NCBI RefSeq assembly: GCF_018350175.1
Contig: NC_058368.1
Location: 207,020,001 to 207,084,000, forward strand
DNA from: Felis catus
Lineage: Eukaryota
Length of the DNA: 64,000 bases
Direction: 5' to 3'
A model generated the notes under the pieces. The model did no database searches. It saw nothing but the letters and a program-made list of their open reading frames with translations, and had not been told where the DNA came from. Every line of letters starts with the position of its first letter. The first letter of the stretch is position 1. Shown piece after piece: positions 40,048 to 53,982 of the stretch. Position numbers and translations under genes: made by a program.

Positions 40048-40113
40048 ATGCAAAAGACTATGCAAAAGACTTACCTAGCTATGCAAAAGACTATGCAAAA
40101 GACTTACCTAGCT
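40048..40113. repeat. Perfect 33-bp tandem duplication
   Basis: ATGCAAAAGACTATGCAAAAGACTTACCTAGCT x2. Confidence 0.95.
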
Positions 40114-40223
40114 AATGAAAGATTTGTTTTCCACATTGAATACCTTAAAATGTTTCATGGTTGCCAGAAGAATCAGATGGAAGTATAATAAGTATCTTCA
40201 AATATTGAAGAGCTACCATTTTT

Positions 40224-40459
40224 ATTTTTTATTTTATTTTATTTTTTTTAATTTTTTTCAACGTTTATTTATTTTTGGGACAGAGAGAGACAAAGCATGA
40301 ATGGGGGAGGGGCAGAGAGAGGGAGACACAGAATCGGAAACAGGCTCCAGGCTCTGAGCCATCAGCCCAGAGCCCGACGCGGGGCTCGAACTCACGGACC
40401 GCGAGATCGTGACCTGGCCGAAGTCGGACGCTTAACCGACTGCGCCACCCAGGCGCCCC
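40224..40459 (-). mobile_element. Young felid CAN-SINE (SINEC_Fc-like)
   Basis: CpG-intact reverse-complement copy; TSD GAAGAGCTACCATTTTT. Confidence 0.97.
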
Positions 40460-40764
40460 AGAAGAGCTACCATTTTTAGAGTGAATTAACTTTATTTGGT
40501 GAGGAATCAGAAGGCAAAAAAAGGGCTAAAGAGGGCATTAGTCTTTTCTATATATACTATCATCTCTTGGAAGTCTAGGACTATGTGTTATTCTTCTATT
40601 TCCAGTGCTTAGCCCAGTGTCTGTAATACTTAGCATTTGTGATTACTGGTGGAATGAATAAATCAATAAAGACAGAGTTTTCTATGCATAAAACATTATT
40701 TTTTTTAACAATTAAAACTGTCCACGGGGAATGTTTTGGTCCCCTAAGTAATATTTTGTTGTTA

Positions 40765-41035
40765 TCTTTTTATCTTTTATTTTTAAAAATTATATGTATT
40801 TTAAGGCATACAGCCTGATGACTTGATGTATGTATACATAGTGAAATAATTGCTATAGTCAAGCCAATTAACATATCCATCTCCTCACCTAGTTCTCTTC
40901 CATGTGTGTGGTGAGATCACCTGAAATCTACTCTCCTGGCAAACTTCCAGTATTCAACACAGTATTGACTGTGGTCATCACACTGTATGTGACATCTCTA
41001 GACTTATTCACCCTATGTAACTACCACTTTGCACC
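40765..41035 (-). mobile_element. L1MA-type 3' terminal fragment
   Basis: TATAGTCAAGCCAATTAACATATCCATCTCCTCAC..AAATCTACTCTC..ACATCTCTAGACTTATTCA. Confidence 0.8.
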
Positions 41036-41199
41036 AGGATAAAACTTTTCTAAAGTTAAAAAAAACACAAAACAAAAATTGTCCAAAAAATGGAAATGGT
41101 AACAATATATTCACTAGAATGACATGAGCAAAATCTACATTACCTTTTTCAGAAGCATCCAAGAGAGAATTCCTGCTTTTGCAGGCACCTTTTTTTTAT

Positions 41200-42560
41200 T
41201 CTGTTTCCTCTCAGTCTCCTTTATCTACAAGCAGCTATTTCCCCTTATCATTTAAAACTACACTCATCATGGTGTCTAACAAATTCCCTAGTTTTAAATC
41301 TAATGGACACAAGTGCTCAGCAACATTTGGCAATCTTAACCCCTTGCTTCCTTTAAGACATTCTCTTTCTTTCGTTTCCATGGTAACACAATCCTCTATT
41401 TCTTCTTTTTTTTTTTTTAAATACCATCTTTATGCCCATACTTTTCATCTTCCTTTTGGGGTTCCCATTTTTCCCTTCATCTGCATTCCACCCAGAGCTT
41501 GCTTTTCATCTCATTCTACAATTCTCCAGTCTTTTATTTCAAGCAGTGCATATATAGTAATGACTCACAGATCTATTTTTTTAAATCCCAGGTAGTTAAT
41601 TTATGTGTATCTGCTTACTGACCATCCACGTTTGAATGATCCAATAGGAATTCAAATCCAATATGTCTAAAATGAATCCCTTATTCTTATTGCATTCCAA
41701 ATCTAAGTCTTCTTTCAGTGAGTGATACAACCAATATACTTTTCCAAAACAGAAAGTTAGTTATTATTCTTCACTTTCCTGGACTTTAGTTAATCCACCA
41801 AGACATGAGTGCTGAATCCTACCAATTCTATCAGCCAAACATCTAATATAATAGATGTGTCCTCATAACATATATCCTTATATGTCTTAGGCCTTTCAAT
41901 TAAACCCTCTACCAATTTCTTAATTTAAGCCATCATGATCTTGCACCTGGATAGCTGCCATAATTTCCCATCTTATTTCCCTGATTTGAGTGGTTTCTTT
42001 TTAACACAACAGGAAAAGTAACTTTTGTAAAATACAAGAATGATGTGCCACTCTTTTCCATCAGATCCTTCAATGGCTACCAATTTCTTTCAAGTTACAG
42101 TGCCAAGTCTTTCAGAATCTAGAATCTACTTATATTTCTAGAGTCATCTCTCACTAATATCTGCCTCTCATATCCTGCATAAGCTCTACCTATTCTTATT
42201 AATCAGTTTGAGAAAACACCATGCTCAGCTTCATGCCTGGCTCTTTAGATAAGAAGATTCTATGCTTGAACTAATCCTCCTTTCCTGTTTTGTACCCACT
42301 TCAACTCCTTAACTCAGGTGCCACCTATTCCAGAAACACCTCCCTATGCTACCTCATTTATATACCAGTAACACCCTTAGTCACCCCCTTAGAGAATTCA
42401 TTATAGTAATTTGTAATTGATTAGTTACTTCTTTTAGTTGCCTTTAGATTATAAACTGTGAACAAGGTGGGGCATGATATGTAGGCCAGCATTGTCTCCC
42501 CACTAAATAGCAGAGTGACTGGCATTTAGAAAATATCAAAACATTTTTTAAGGAAACAAG
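41200..42560 (+). mobile_element. LINE-2 remnant
   Basis: TCAGCAACATTTGGCA..; CCATCATGATCTTGCACCTGGATAGCTGC; TCCTTCAATGGCTACC; 3' end TAGATTATAAACTGTGA. Confidence 0.7.
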
Positions 42561-43517
42561 TGAATATAAAGAAGGAATGTTGGTCAAATAAGAATAAATA
42601 AAATGAAACAAATAATATTTTAAGAGCATGGCAGGCACACACTGAAGGCTATTTAGAGTTTTTGATTGGAATTATGGCAAATAAATACCAACATCTGAGA
42701 AGTGATCAGAACATTAAGAAAGGGTCACCTTAATCTGAATAGGACGTAGTATGAAGGACGAGGAAGACTTATCATTTCCATGTGCCTTAGGGTGAATCCT
42801 GAGTTACGGTATTCTGCTCTGTGCATCAATCATTGGAAGAAATGTTTGAAAAGCTGTAGTGATTGGGATAGCACACGGGACAGTAAAAAGTCTTAAAACT
42901 CTTATTATCAGAAATGGTTGAATTAATTGGAGCTAATAATCTAAAGAAGGTGAATAATTGAAGACTGACTCCAAATATTTGGCTGAAATATGGCTGACTC
43001 CAAATTTTTGAAAGATTCTCCTAAGAGAAAGGATCTGCTCATATGGTTCAGAGGTTAAAGCTAGTATGAATGGGTCTACATGGAGATTGAACATCCTCAT
43101 CATAGAGGGAAATTTCATATGATCTAGAACTTTACAAAGAGTTTTAAGAGGTAAGACTTCCATGTCATTAAACTATACATAGTATCGAGGACTACTAAGG
43201 GTTCAGGAATTTGGGAGTATACGAAGGGTTTGTGATAGTTGATCCCTGTTCATATATGAAGGTTTGTCAGTATGTAAGAGGTGGACAAAGGTATGAAGCT
43301 AGAGTCTTGCACTCTGTCCCATAAAGGTCAAGAACATAACATAAAATTTTCTAAGTCAAGAGTCAGGGTCAGAACCAGAATCAGAGAGCCACAGGACATA
43401 GCAATAGTATGCTACTCAAAAAGAGAATCATGCAGTCCAACCTGGGTCCAGTAGACAGACTTGTGCTCTTGTGGAACAATTAATAAACGTGAGGACCTTG
43501 TTTCCCAAACTTAGCCT

Positions 43518-43520
<3 letters not shown>

Positions 43521-43549
<29 letters not shown>

Positions 43550-43757
43550 TTTTTAACTTTTATTTATTTTTGAGAGACAGAGAGAGGCAGAGCATGATCG
43601 AGGGAGGAGCAGAAAGAGTGGGAGACAGAATCCGAAGCAGGATCCAGGCTCTGAGCTGTCGGCACAGAGCCCTATGCGGGGCTCAAACCCACAAACTGTG
43701 AGATCATGACCTGAGCTGAAGTCGGACGCTTAACCAACTGAGCCACCCAGGCGCCCC
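43521..43757 (-). mobile_element. CAN-SINE
   Basis: (TTTA)n tail; TSD CCAAACTTAGCCTTTA. Confidence 0.95.
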
Positions 43758-45039
43758 CCAAACTTAGCCTTTAATCCCAAACACTATGCTGACAGTTATC
43801 TGAAACTTCCAAACATTTGATTATTCTCTTCAAATGTTAGACGGCATAAATGACAAACCTTAGCAAACACAAGAGAGACAAACCTCCCTTCTGCAACTAG
43901 GTCTTCCAGGTCCAACAAGAGGTTGTGGAGGACTTCCATGGCTTAAGGCAATATAATTTTTCTGGAATTCTTTAAAATCTGCAGATTGAGGGATGCCAAA
44001 GAGAGAATCAGGGACCTCTGAATTTAAAGGAAAGTTCCTAGATATGTGGGCTGCCAGGATCCTCCCAATTTGTCCTCAGCCAGACCCACTCTAGAGTTTT
44101 GTTTTCACATCCTCCGCAGACCTCATGTCAGTCAGAGCAGTAGGAAGAATCACCATTTGACCTTCCGGTAGGATTTCTTTATGAAGAGCACTGTCCCTTT
44201 AGCCCCTCCATGTCTAAAATGAAATCTATGGAAATACTTTTGGCACCAGATATTCCTGGGAAATACAACCCCCTCAAGAATTTCATATGCCATTATGTAA
44301 ATACACTTATTGGTCTTTTCCCTGAGAGTAAATTTTGGTACTTGGTGGAGAAAAGGATATCACTACAAGGGAAAGCGTGTGAAAGGGAAGTGTGCAGATG
44401 GTAGTTTCCTCTTCAGAACTTGCCTGGAGAAAGTGTTTTTGCTACAAAAGGGCTGGTGTGTCCCCTTTGCTTGGGACTATCTTGTGAAGATTTTGACTTT
44501 GTTTTCTAAAGTTGTCCAGAGTCTACACGGGTTACGAATGCTTTGATCAGCTCCAAATGCAAGGGCACACAGTGCCCTATTTTAGGTGCCAAGTTTGTGT
44601 TCTGTTGGAAACCACACTGAATAGTTTGGCAGAATCAATGCTAAATCAAGCAGAGAGATTTCTCATTTTTATGAAACACCCACAAAAGTCAACATTCTGT
44701 TTTTTAGCATCTATCCACCAAGTAACAGAGTAATAAAAACAGCATTGGAAAGACTTGAAAGTATTCACAGTATTTTATTCTGCCATCTAATATAATTTTG
44801 ATGAAATATCCTGTGGTTTAGTTAATAAAAACTGAACAAGAAAACAAGTATTTATTAAACATCTATCTTGTTCTCAGAAATTTAAGGAAAATATAGAGTA
44901 CATATAAAAAATTGATCCTATCCTGAAGAGTTAGTAATTTGGTGTATGAGAGAAAGCAAGCATACCAAAAAATTTATTTTATTTATCCAAGGTAATACAT
45001 ATTAGGAAATGTATTTTTCCTTATTCTTGTTCCATACAT

Positions 45040-45750
45040 GACAATCTCTTCTCTAAAATACATCTTGAATCTATTCTTGCCTTTCTTAGTGGAGGTCACC
45101 AATCATCTTAGGCCAGAACAACCTCTTTTAAACTAGTCCCTTCAACCCCATCTCCAAATTAATCTCCATATGGCAAACTAATCATTTTAAAGCAACTTCA
45201 ATTATGCCATTCTTTTACGTGAGATCCCTCGAGGAATTTTCATTACACATTAGAAAAAAAAAACCCACAATGCTCATTACGCTACAAGGTCCAGAATGAG
45301 GCAGCCCTGCCCATCCCTCCAGTCTCCTCTTGGACACTGTCCTCTATAGTCCACTTGGCTCAAGGACTTTTTCCAGGCTGTAACCCTCTTCTTAAAATAT
45401 TCTCCTCCCAACCTTCCTTGGAGCTAGGTCCTTTCCATCATTTAGGACTTAGCTTAAGTATCCCCTTCCCAGAGAACACTTCCTTGAACACTGGGTTTAA
45501 AGTCCATCTGTGTTATTCTCCAGCTCAACTCCTTATTTCACTCTTAGCACATTATTCAGCTTTCAATTTTTGCGTTTTTTAAAAATCAAACTGCATGCCG
45601 GTGTTTACCCTATCCCTTGCCCCACATAAGCTCTGTGAAGCAGGAACCGTATTAGTTTTATGCATATGGCTCCCAGCCCAAGTACCTACTTTGGAGTAAG
45701 TGTTTTAATACACTTTTTTTGTGTGTGTGAATGACTACATAAATGAATGC
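45040..45750 (+). mobile_element. LINE-2 3' remnant
   Basis: TACAAGGTCC..GCCCTGCCC..; CATAAGCTCTGTGAAGCAGGAACC..AAATGAATG. Confidence 0.65.
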
Positions 45751-46664
45751 TCCATTTTTAAAAGGTAGACTCATGTTTTCCAATGTATGTAATACTTCAT
45801 ATAAATATGTATCAGGTAATGAAGTAGAGAAGAGAAGAACTGGGCCATGAATCCCATCAGTGAAAGAGAAGTGAAGCAAACTGAGGTATGTGGTTAAATA
45901 TTCGATCTGCTCAGTCTGTGAAGCAGCAGTTTGGAAATACTGGCAAACTATAGTTTGCTTTTAACAAAGATAAAGAAAAGTAAAGGTTCACATGGGCCCA
46001 CAGATGCAGGGACAGGTTGATGTAGGAGAAAAGGCTTGGGGCACCATCTTGAAGGAAAGATGGAATTTGAGTTGGATTGGAAGGGTTAAGAGGAAACTAT
46101 GAGCAAACCATGCAAAACCAAAGATGCAGGAAAGCTGGCATTGTATGGCTTGATGGGATACTAAGGAATCCTAACTTCCTGCTTTTTAGATACCAACATT
46201 CCATGGAGTTAGATTTCTGAATTCTCTGTTCACCCACTTAAATACCCTGATTTATTTCAAAGCAGTTCTTTGCTTTTCTTGAAATGTTTCATAGAACATG
46301 GCTTCCTTTGACAAATCCATAAGAAGTGAAAGAAACCAGAATGTTTTACTCTGTGACCCTTCCTGATATTTAGATTTTATTATAGATTATGTAATGCTTT
46401 TATCCTTATTCATTTTAATGAAAAGTTGGTAACACTTTAGAACATGCTTGCATCTGAGAATAACTCATGGCCAAAGAGGCCCATTCATTAGGGCTCTCTT
46501 GTAATAAAGCCAAGAGGGAGAAAAATGTCTGACGTTGTTATTTGGTTAACCCTCCTTAAGGAAAGTACTTTATCCAGCCTCATGTTGTACATCTTGAGAG
46601 GAGACAACCTTGGAGGTTAAGAATTTCAGAACTGGCCTTTCCAGTATATCTAACACTTCTTATA

Positions 46665-47173
46665 TACTATTTCAGATTCTGTTTGTCCCACCCCTTCCTC
46701 CAGCCTCTATTACAAAACCAGCTCCCTGAACCTTTGATTAGTTTCACAAAACTGCATCCTGATAGCACCTTGCACAGACTCATTGCAGAGTGCTGCTTCT
46801 GCCATGGGCTTCTCTTCTGCTGCAGGGATTTTCTGGGTGCTCAGGCAGGCAAACAAGGAAGCTTGGGGAGTTAATACTGATGACCTCATCCTTGACCAGT
46901 GGGCCAGGAACTGATGGATATATGCTTTCTCCTTTGTCCCCTGGTTGGACAGCTCTGAGGCATATGTCATATGTCTCCACTTAAAGTCACATTGGATCAA
47001 GTGCCAGCCACCTGCAGTGGATAAATAGGTAGCAGATTCTTGTACTGGCTTTTTTTTCTGGCTTTTTTCCCCCTTCTTTCCCACTTTCTGTTTTGTCTCT
47101 CTCTTTCTTAAATAACTACGTACAAACAAGCCTTTGTCCCAGGCTCTCTTTGGGGGGATTTAAAGCTAAGACA
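46665..47173 (+). mobile_element. ERVL-class solo LTR (LTR16/LTR33-like)
   Basis: Ends CCAGGCTCTCTTTGGGGGGATTTAAAGCTAAGACA; internal TGGGGAGTTAAT..TTGACCAGTGGG..GGACAGCTCTGAGG. Confidence 0.65.
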
Positions 47174-47964
47174 TCCTTTAAAACAAAGCCAAGAATCAGT
47201 AAGATCAAACAGCAAGATGCTAAAAGTACTCACAAAAGCCTGTAACCCAAAATAGCAATGATGCAGACAATCCACAATTCAACACATCACCACTGTAAAC
47301 ACTAGCCTTTGTTACAGAAATATCTGCCCGGGTAGCTATTGGGGTGAGAAACTGGGGCCAGTTTGGTTAGATAAGAACAGGTTCCCAGCAGAGAAAACAG
47401 GGAAGATGGAGTTCTTTAACAACCAGAAGATACCCTGAGGACTGTGGGGTGGAGCGCTAAGAGCAACATTGAGAAGAATGGTGATCCGATGCTGAATGCA
47501 ATCTATGTGACTCAGTTTTGCCTGGCATCTGCCCAAGATATGTAACTGTAAGGGCTGGCACTCTGTTGCTCTCTCTTTGTCCAGCTTGCTACAGGTCAAA
47601 ACCATGTGGCCTTTGTACAAGTTAAAAATACTTTTAACAATCTCACAAATGGTTAAAACCAATCCCATAGCATTAACAACAGCAAGCCTATCGTTTTGAT
47701 ATGGGCAATGGGCCATGAATTATGGAGGTAATTGTAGTAAAACATTATCTGGTTTACTCACAGAAAAGGGTAAACCTTAGACTGATAGTCTTGAGTACTT
47801 TTAACTCTCTGCTATGCCCTACTTAGCCTGCACAGAATCATAGAGAAAGTGCTCCAAGGAAACTGGGCTCTGGCAGAAGGAGCGACCATGCTAAGGGCAG
47901 GAAGCAAGGTCTGGTTTCCGAATAGGATTGAGAAGCTTTCTCTAATTCATGTACCTTTTTGAAA

Positions 47965-48009
47965 GAAGAAGAAGAAGAAGAAGAAGAAGAAGAAGAAGAA
48001 GAAGAAGAA
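47965..48009. repeat. (GAA)15 microsatellite
   Basis: Read directly; explains the poly-R ORF 47949-48167. Confidence 0.95.
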
Positions 48010-49762
48010 AAAGACCAGCAAAGTTGAGTGGTAAGGGCAGGTCTAGGTCACAACAATATAGCCCATTTTTGAGAACTTATTGTTTTCCTTCTTTTATTAC
48101 AGACCTGGCTTTTTATTTCCCTCATACATCTGTTTTTTCCTCTACTTTCTGCTCCTCCTTGCTATAAATATTTTTTTTGGATACATACATACATAATCAC
48201 TCAAAGTGTTTGTAACATCCACTCTATTCTCTTTAGCAAACACTTTAGTCTGAAGCTTTAAGGTTTTCAAAAGCATCTTAAAAAGTCAGCACTTAGCATG
48301 TTTCCCTACCCCAGCCACCCAGACGCCATTGATTATGTTGTGATTTAATGTTGAAGAGAACCCTCTGCTGGGCTCACTAGGACTTGAGATTTTAAGAGGC
48401 TTGCTCTTGCCTCTTAAATTCAGCTAATTGCCTTTCTATTGTTCAACCTTCTTTCCTTTATTATTATTTTTATTATTTTTTTTTAAAACATCTTGGTGTT
48501 CTGAGTGCTTTAAATATCTCCCACAGGATACTTTTCCCCAGATAAATCTGATACTTTGTAATACTTTTGTTAAACGTTTATAAAAAAATTTAATACATTC
48601 CCATTCTATGGGAAATAGTGATAAAACTAAATTTTCCCATTAATATTATGTAACTAGTTAACCTAAGGGGTCCCAACAGTTCAAAGCTCACGTAAATATT
48701 AACTTTAATCCCTCACGTCTGGGGCTTCCCATTGTTAGTTTAACCCAGAGTCTAATAACTCGACTGCCTGAGGCAAATATCCTCAGAAGCCACTGTTCAG
48801 TTTCAAAACCAGTTTGGAGCTCCTGAATCATTTCTTAGGCTCTCACTTTTCTTGGCTCACCGATTCTGGTTTTGCTGTTGTCACTTTTTTGTTTTATCTC
48901 ACAAATATGTATGTGAAATGGATCAGAATATAAACGTGAGTATTTGTGGCCATCGTAGTTTTCACTTGATTGCTAAGTCTATTTTGACTCATGCAAGAAA
49001 AACTCCAACGTTTAGAGTCAGCAAATAGTTTACAAAAGTACTTTCCTAATGGAAATGGTGGAAGAGTCTAAAAGGAGTTAAGGAGTGAGTCAGTTTTTAT
49101 TATATTCTAAATAGAAAACTTCAGATCTTTGAGTACCTTAAATCCAAAGAGTTTAATCCAGCAAATGAATATTCATTACTCAATAGAAGCTTGCTGACAA
49201 ATGTGGAAAATAAGCTAATAGGAAAACAAAGAGCAGTAAAATATGTTATTTTCATATTGTTTCCTGATGAATGGTTGATTCAATAAGCATTCCCAAATCC
49301 TGTCTCCATGCCTTTCTTGATAGAATTAGCCAAATACTTGTTTCTGCAGCCCTCCTTCGCTTTCCTAATGAAAGGGACCATGGTGGTTGGCATCAGCACT
49401 CTGTCCTTTGGCCCATCAACAGTAAAGGAAATCTACCTCCAGACTTTTTGTAATTAAAGAAAACAATGAAGTTCATTTGTCCAGGCCACTATCAGCTGGC
49501 TTCTGTTATCGTATGCATGTCAACACATTTAAACTGCTGCACCGCTATGTTTAAGATATGTGATTCCAGGACCAGTGTTTGCTCATAAGGATCATTGTCC
49601 TTCACAGACTAATGTGCAAAAAGGAAGCCACAAACAACTATCACTGCCTAATACAGGAATTGAAATATTCTCCTAATAAAGTATTCTGTAATGAATGAAT
49701 GTTACTTTATTCAGACAGGATTAATTAGTTTTGTACCGATTAGGATGAAGAAGCAGGATAGA

Positions 49763-49964
49763 GGGGCGCCTGGGTGGCTCAGAAGCGTCCAACTCTTGAT
49801 TTCAGCTCAGGTCATGATCTCATGGATCGTGAGTTTGATCCCCACATCAGGCTCTGTGACTACAGTGCACAGAATTTGTTTGGAGTTCTCTCTTCCTCCC
49901 TCTCTCTCTTCCCTTCCCATACTCTCTCTCTTGCTTTCTCTCAAAAAATATACAAAGAAAAAAA
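49763..49964 (+). mobile_element. CAN-SINE
   Basis: Head, CT tract, tail; TSD AAGAAGCAG. Confidence 0.92.
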
Positions 49965-50057
49965 GAAGCAGTACATAGATTTTATTCATCAGTAATTAAG
50001 CCTTTTGTTTGTTTGCTTGTTTTTGCTGTAATATAGTTTTCCTAAGCTTGAGTGGTA

Positions 50058-50233
50058 CTTTTTTTTATGTGTATTTATTTTTAAGAGAGAGATAGTGAGT
50101 GGGGGAGGAGCAGAGAGAGAGAGAGAATGCCAAGCAGACTCCACACTTAGCACAGAGCCCATTGTGAGGCTCGATCCCAGGAACCATGAGATAGATCATG
50201 ACTTGAGCTGAATCAAGGGCCACGCAGGTGCCC
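50058..50233 (-). mobile_element. CAN-SINE (partly deleted)
   Basis: Reverse-complement body ending CAGGTGCCC. Confidence 0.85.
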
Positions 50234-50595
50234 AAGTAGTAGTTCTTTTTTGATGGGGAGTGCTAAGAGAAATAACTACTCTTAAGTATGTTGGCAGTCA
50301 GAAAAAAAATGTTGGATTATACATTTAAATGAAGATACTCTACTTGAGAATACTGGGAATTCAGTTATTATGTTCCAATGTCTTAACAATTTCTTTCCTT
50401 TGCCCCTGAATAGAAGTGAAGTGAGAACTAGCTTGATCCCTTCAGCCTGGATTCCTTGCAGGAAAATAATTTTTGTAAAGAGATAAGTAGTCATCATTGC
50501 TCCTCTTACTTCAGTAAAGAGGGGAGATATGAGAGAAATTAGAAATTCAGTTGTTATTATCCAAACATATCATTCTTCTAGAACTACCATTATTT

Positions 50596-50779
50596 TTTTT
50601 TAATGTTTATTTATTTTTGAGGGGGGAAGGAGGTCAGAGAGAGGGAGGGAAACATGGAATCCAAAGCAGGCCCCAGGCTCTGAACTGTCAGCACAGCACA
50701 GGGCTCAAACTCACAAACCATGAGATCATGACCTGAGCCAAAGTCGGATGCTTAATTGACTGAGCCACCCAGACACCCC
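50596..50779 (-). mobile_element. CAN-SINE
   Basis: TSD TAGAACTACCATTATTT. Confidence 0.92.
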
Positions 50780-51324
50780 TAGAACTACCATTATTTGTAT
50801 AAAAAAGTGACATATTCACTCTTATTAGAATGTTCCCTTTTGTTTAACTGGATGAGGGATTGCTCATAGATCTAATACTAGCCTAGAGACCAAAGAAATT
50901 GAGAAGGGCACATCTGCACAGGGCCATTCATATTAGAGCTCAGGGCTCAGAGGATCCTTGGCATAAGACTTGCTATGTTCAAGACAACACAGACATCTTT
51001 TCTTTCAAAAGCATTCAAAGCCAAACATGAATCCAGATAAAGGGTTTAGGTAGAATCTATTTTAATATGTTTCTGTGTCTAAACTTAATGAGCTCTTGAG
51101 AATAAATGAAGGAATAATAACTGAATAATAAGGTAAGAGACAAATGGAAGACTCCTATCTTCATGTGAGAAGATTGAACAACAACAGGATTTAATTACTC
51201 TTATCCCCCCTCCCCTGTTTAAAAAAAATGCCTAAAAATTCAGACCTTTAGGTTTCATTGGGGGCAATAAGCCAAAACTGAATGTCCTTTCTCCCCATGA
51301 TAAAAAGAAATAATCCTAACTAGA

Positions 51325-51777
51325 TGTATCAGTTTCCTAGGACTGTCATAGCAACATACCACAAACCGTGTGGCATAAACAACAGACAGTTATTGTCCCA
51401 CAGCTCTGGAGGCTCAGTATTTGAGCTCAAGGTGCCAGTGGAGTTGGTTCCTCCTAACTGCGTGGAAGAATCTTTTCTGTGACTCTCTCCTAGTTTCTTG
51501 GGCTGTTTGGCAATCATTGGTATTCCTTGACTTGTAGATGCATCACCTTAGTCTCAGCCTTCATCATCACTTGGCATTATTTCCATGTGCACATCTACCA
51601 CAATGTCCACATTTCCCTGTTTACAAGGATACAGTCACATTGGGTGAGACTCCATGCTAATGACTTTATCTTAACTTGATCATGTTGAAATATCTTATTT
51701 CTAAATAGGGTCACATTCATAGGAAGCTGAGGTTAGGACTTCAACAACTTTTGGAGGACATAATTCAACCCATAACA
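51325..51777 (-). mobile_element. MaLR solo LTR (MLT1B/C-like)
   Basis: Termini TGTATCAGTTTCCTAGGACTGTCATAGCAACATACCACAAAC...AATTCAACCCATAACA. Confidence 0.9.
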
Positions 51778-52242
51778 TTAACTTAAGGCTCTCAACAAAA
51801 TAACAAAGAACAAGTAGGGTTCAAGTCCTCCAACAAAGACTCCACGAAGTTCCAGAAAATCTCCTCCCAATCCTGTGCCTTCAGACTTGAATGAAGCTTT
51901 TAGAAAGCAACATTTATTCCTCAAATTCCATGTTCAAAATCTTAGAAAGGGAGTAAAAGAGTCAAGGAAAGGTCATCAAAATGAAATAAAAGTAAATAGA
52001 ACGTTTGGGTGAGCAAAATATAAAGAATTGTCACTGCAAACATGAACATTTTATAGCAAAAATAAGTAACGTATTAAACCAAAGAGAGATGAAGAACTCA
52101 GTCTGGAAGAAATTATAATCCAAACACCATAAGAAAACCTCCATATTAAAGGGGAATTTAGTGAAGACATAAATTTTGAGAAAAAATTATTCAAAGATAA
52201 GATTATTACAAATAGCAGAATCACATTAAAAGAAATATTACT

Positions 52243-52455
52243 GGGGTGCCTGGGTGGCGCAGTCGGTTAAGCGGCCGACCTCAGCCAGGTCACGATCTCG
52301 CGGTCCGTGAGTTCGAGCCCCGCGTCGGGCTCTGGGCTGATGGCTCAGAGCCTGGAGCCTGTTTCCGATTCTGTGTCTTCCTCTCTCTCTGCCCCTCCCC
52401 CATTCATGCTCTGTCTCTCTCTGTCCCAAAAATAAATAAACGTTGAAAAAAAAAA
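52243..52455 (+). mobile_element. Young felid CAN-SINE (SINEC_Fc-like)
   Basis: CpG-intact; perfect TSD AAAAGAAATATTACT. Confidence 0.97.
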
Positions 52456-52479
52456 AAAAGAAATATTACTGAAGGAAAA

Positions 52480-53360
52480 AAATCAAGAATTAAAATGGCA
52501 TTATTATAAACCAAGAAGTTGGATAGCATCTAAAAGAATAGTTCAATTTTAATTACTTATCTTATCATTGATTACTCATAATTAATTACTTATTGCAATA
52601 AATGTAGAGAAAGTAGGAAATAGATAGAGACAAATGAAATTCATCAAGAGAAAAAAATACAGAAAAGAGGACAAAGACCATCCAACATAAATGTAATTGG
52701 TAGTCTTTAAAACCATTCAATGATACAATGGCTAAAAAGTTTTTGAAATGAATTTATAGGTCACACACAGTTATATGAAAAGAGATAAATATATGTTTAT
52801 GATAAGTTATAGCTTAGAAAATAATTATTTAAGTTATGGATGGAGATTTGAGTAGCTTATAGGAGGCAATTAGGGTGGCCTTAGACATCTTTCCACCAGC
52901 ATACCATGCCAGAGAAAAATAAAGCAGCATCTACATTTATAAAAGTATAAGAAATAGAAACTATAACAAGACATTTATACTTAGCATTGTTCTTCATTAA
53001 GTCATAGACTTATTCTTAAAATTACAGAATTTTCTCAAGCGTGAAAAAATTGAGGAAATGTAGTACCCAAGATCCTTTCTTTCAAAAATTGATTGATGAC
53101 CAAATGTAATAACAAAGATAAATATATATATATATAAAAATTAATTGAAAATAGATAATCTTTGCTAAAATATGAGTGTGGAGCATTTGAATACAGATTT
53201 AAGAAAAAAATAACTATGGGACTTATAGTCATATAACAATGTAAATATTATAAACCATAGCAACTTAACAGTATAATTAACAAAACTAAGAATAATAGAG
53301 AAGTGGAAAAGTGTAGAGTGTACTAATTTACTTTGCTTCCAAAGCAGGGAGACAATTGGT
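52480..53360 (+). mobile_element. Very old L1 ORF1 or HAL1-like remnant
   Basis: A-rich; TCCAACATAAATGTAATTGG and ATTAGGGTGGCCTTAGAC..ATGCCAGAGAAAAATAAAGCA resemble L1 ORF1 motifs. Confidence 0.45.
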
Positions 53361-53547
53361 AGTAATTGGTTTTAAAAAGAAAAAGAAAAAAAAGGATTTT
53401 TTAATTTTTCATTTTTTATTCTTTTTAGGGAAAGTTTAGTAGCTACCATCTTCTGAAATTAAAACAAAAAGAATCTGAACTTTACCATTTCCTTTATTTG
53501 CAGTCTGATTTCTTTCATTCTGTTAAATATAATAAAAAATAAATTCA

Positions 53548-53742
53548 GGACGCCTGAGTAGCTCACTTGATTAAATATCCAATTCTGGGTTTCAGTTCAG
53601 GTTATGATCTCACGGTTGGTGGGTTTGAGCTGTGTGTCCGGCTCTGCTCTGTGTGGAGCCTGCTTGGGATTCTGTCTCCCTCTCTCTCTGCTCCTCCCTT
53701 GCTTGAACTTTCTCTCTCTCAAAATAAATAAACTTAAAAAAA
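53548..53742 (+). mobile_element. CAN-SINE (diverged)
   Basis: Degenerate head, CT tract, tail. Confidence 0.88.
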
Positions 53743-53982
53743 ATAAATTTCAATGTTTTTTGTTAAAAATAGCATGCAAGATGTGATTTTATTTTTATAA
53801 AATTTCTTTCTCTGTTAGTGTGTCTATCCTTCTCTCCATATATTTATAGATGTTTGGAATAATCTCTACCTAATATCTATCATAATTAGTTCTAGGTGGA
53901 GAAACGTGGGAATTTTTTAATCTTTTATTTTTCTGTACTGCTGCAATTTCTTCTTTGAATTTGTAGCATTAAAGCAATAACA

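Noticed and set aside
39827..40113. CRISPR-like repeat array
   Set aside because: Adjacent tandem duplications without unique spacers, in a mammalian genome with no cas genes
47336..47716. 126-aa minus-strand ORF in unique DNA
   Set aside because: No recognisable domain; length is compatible with chance
47949..48167. Poly-Arg, protamine-like ORF
   Set aside because: Produced by the (GAA)15 microsatellite
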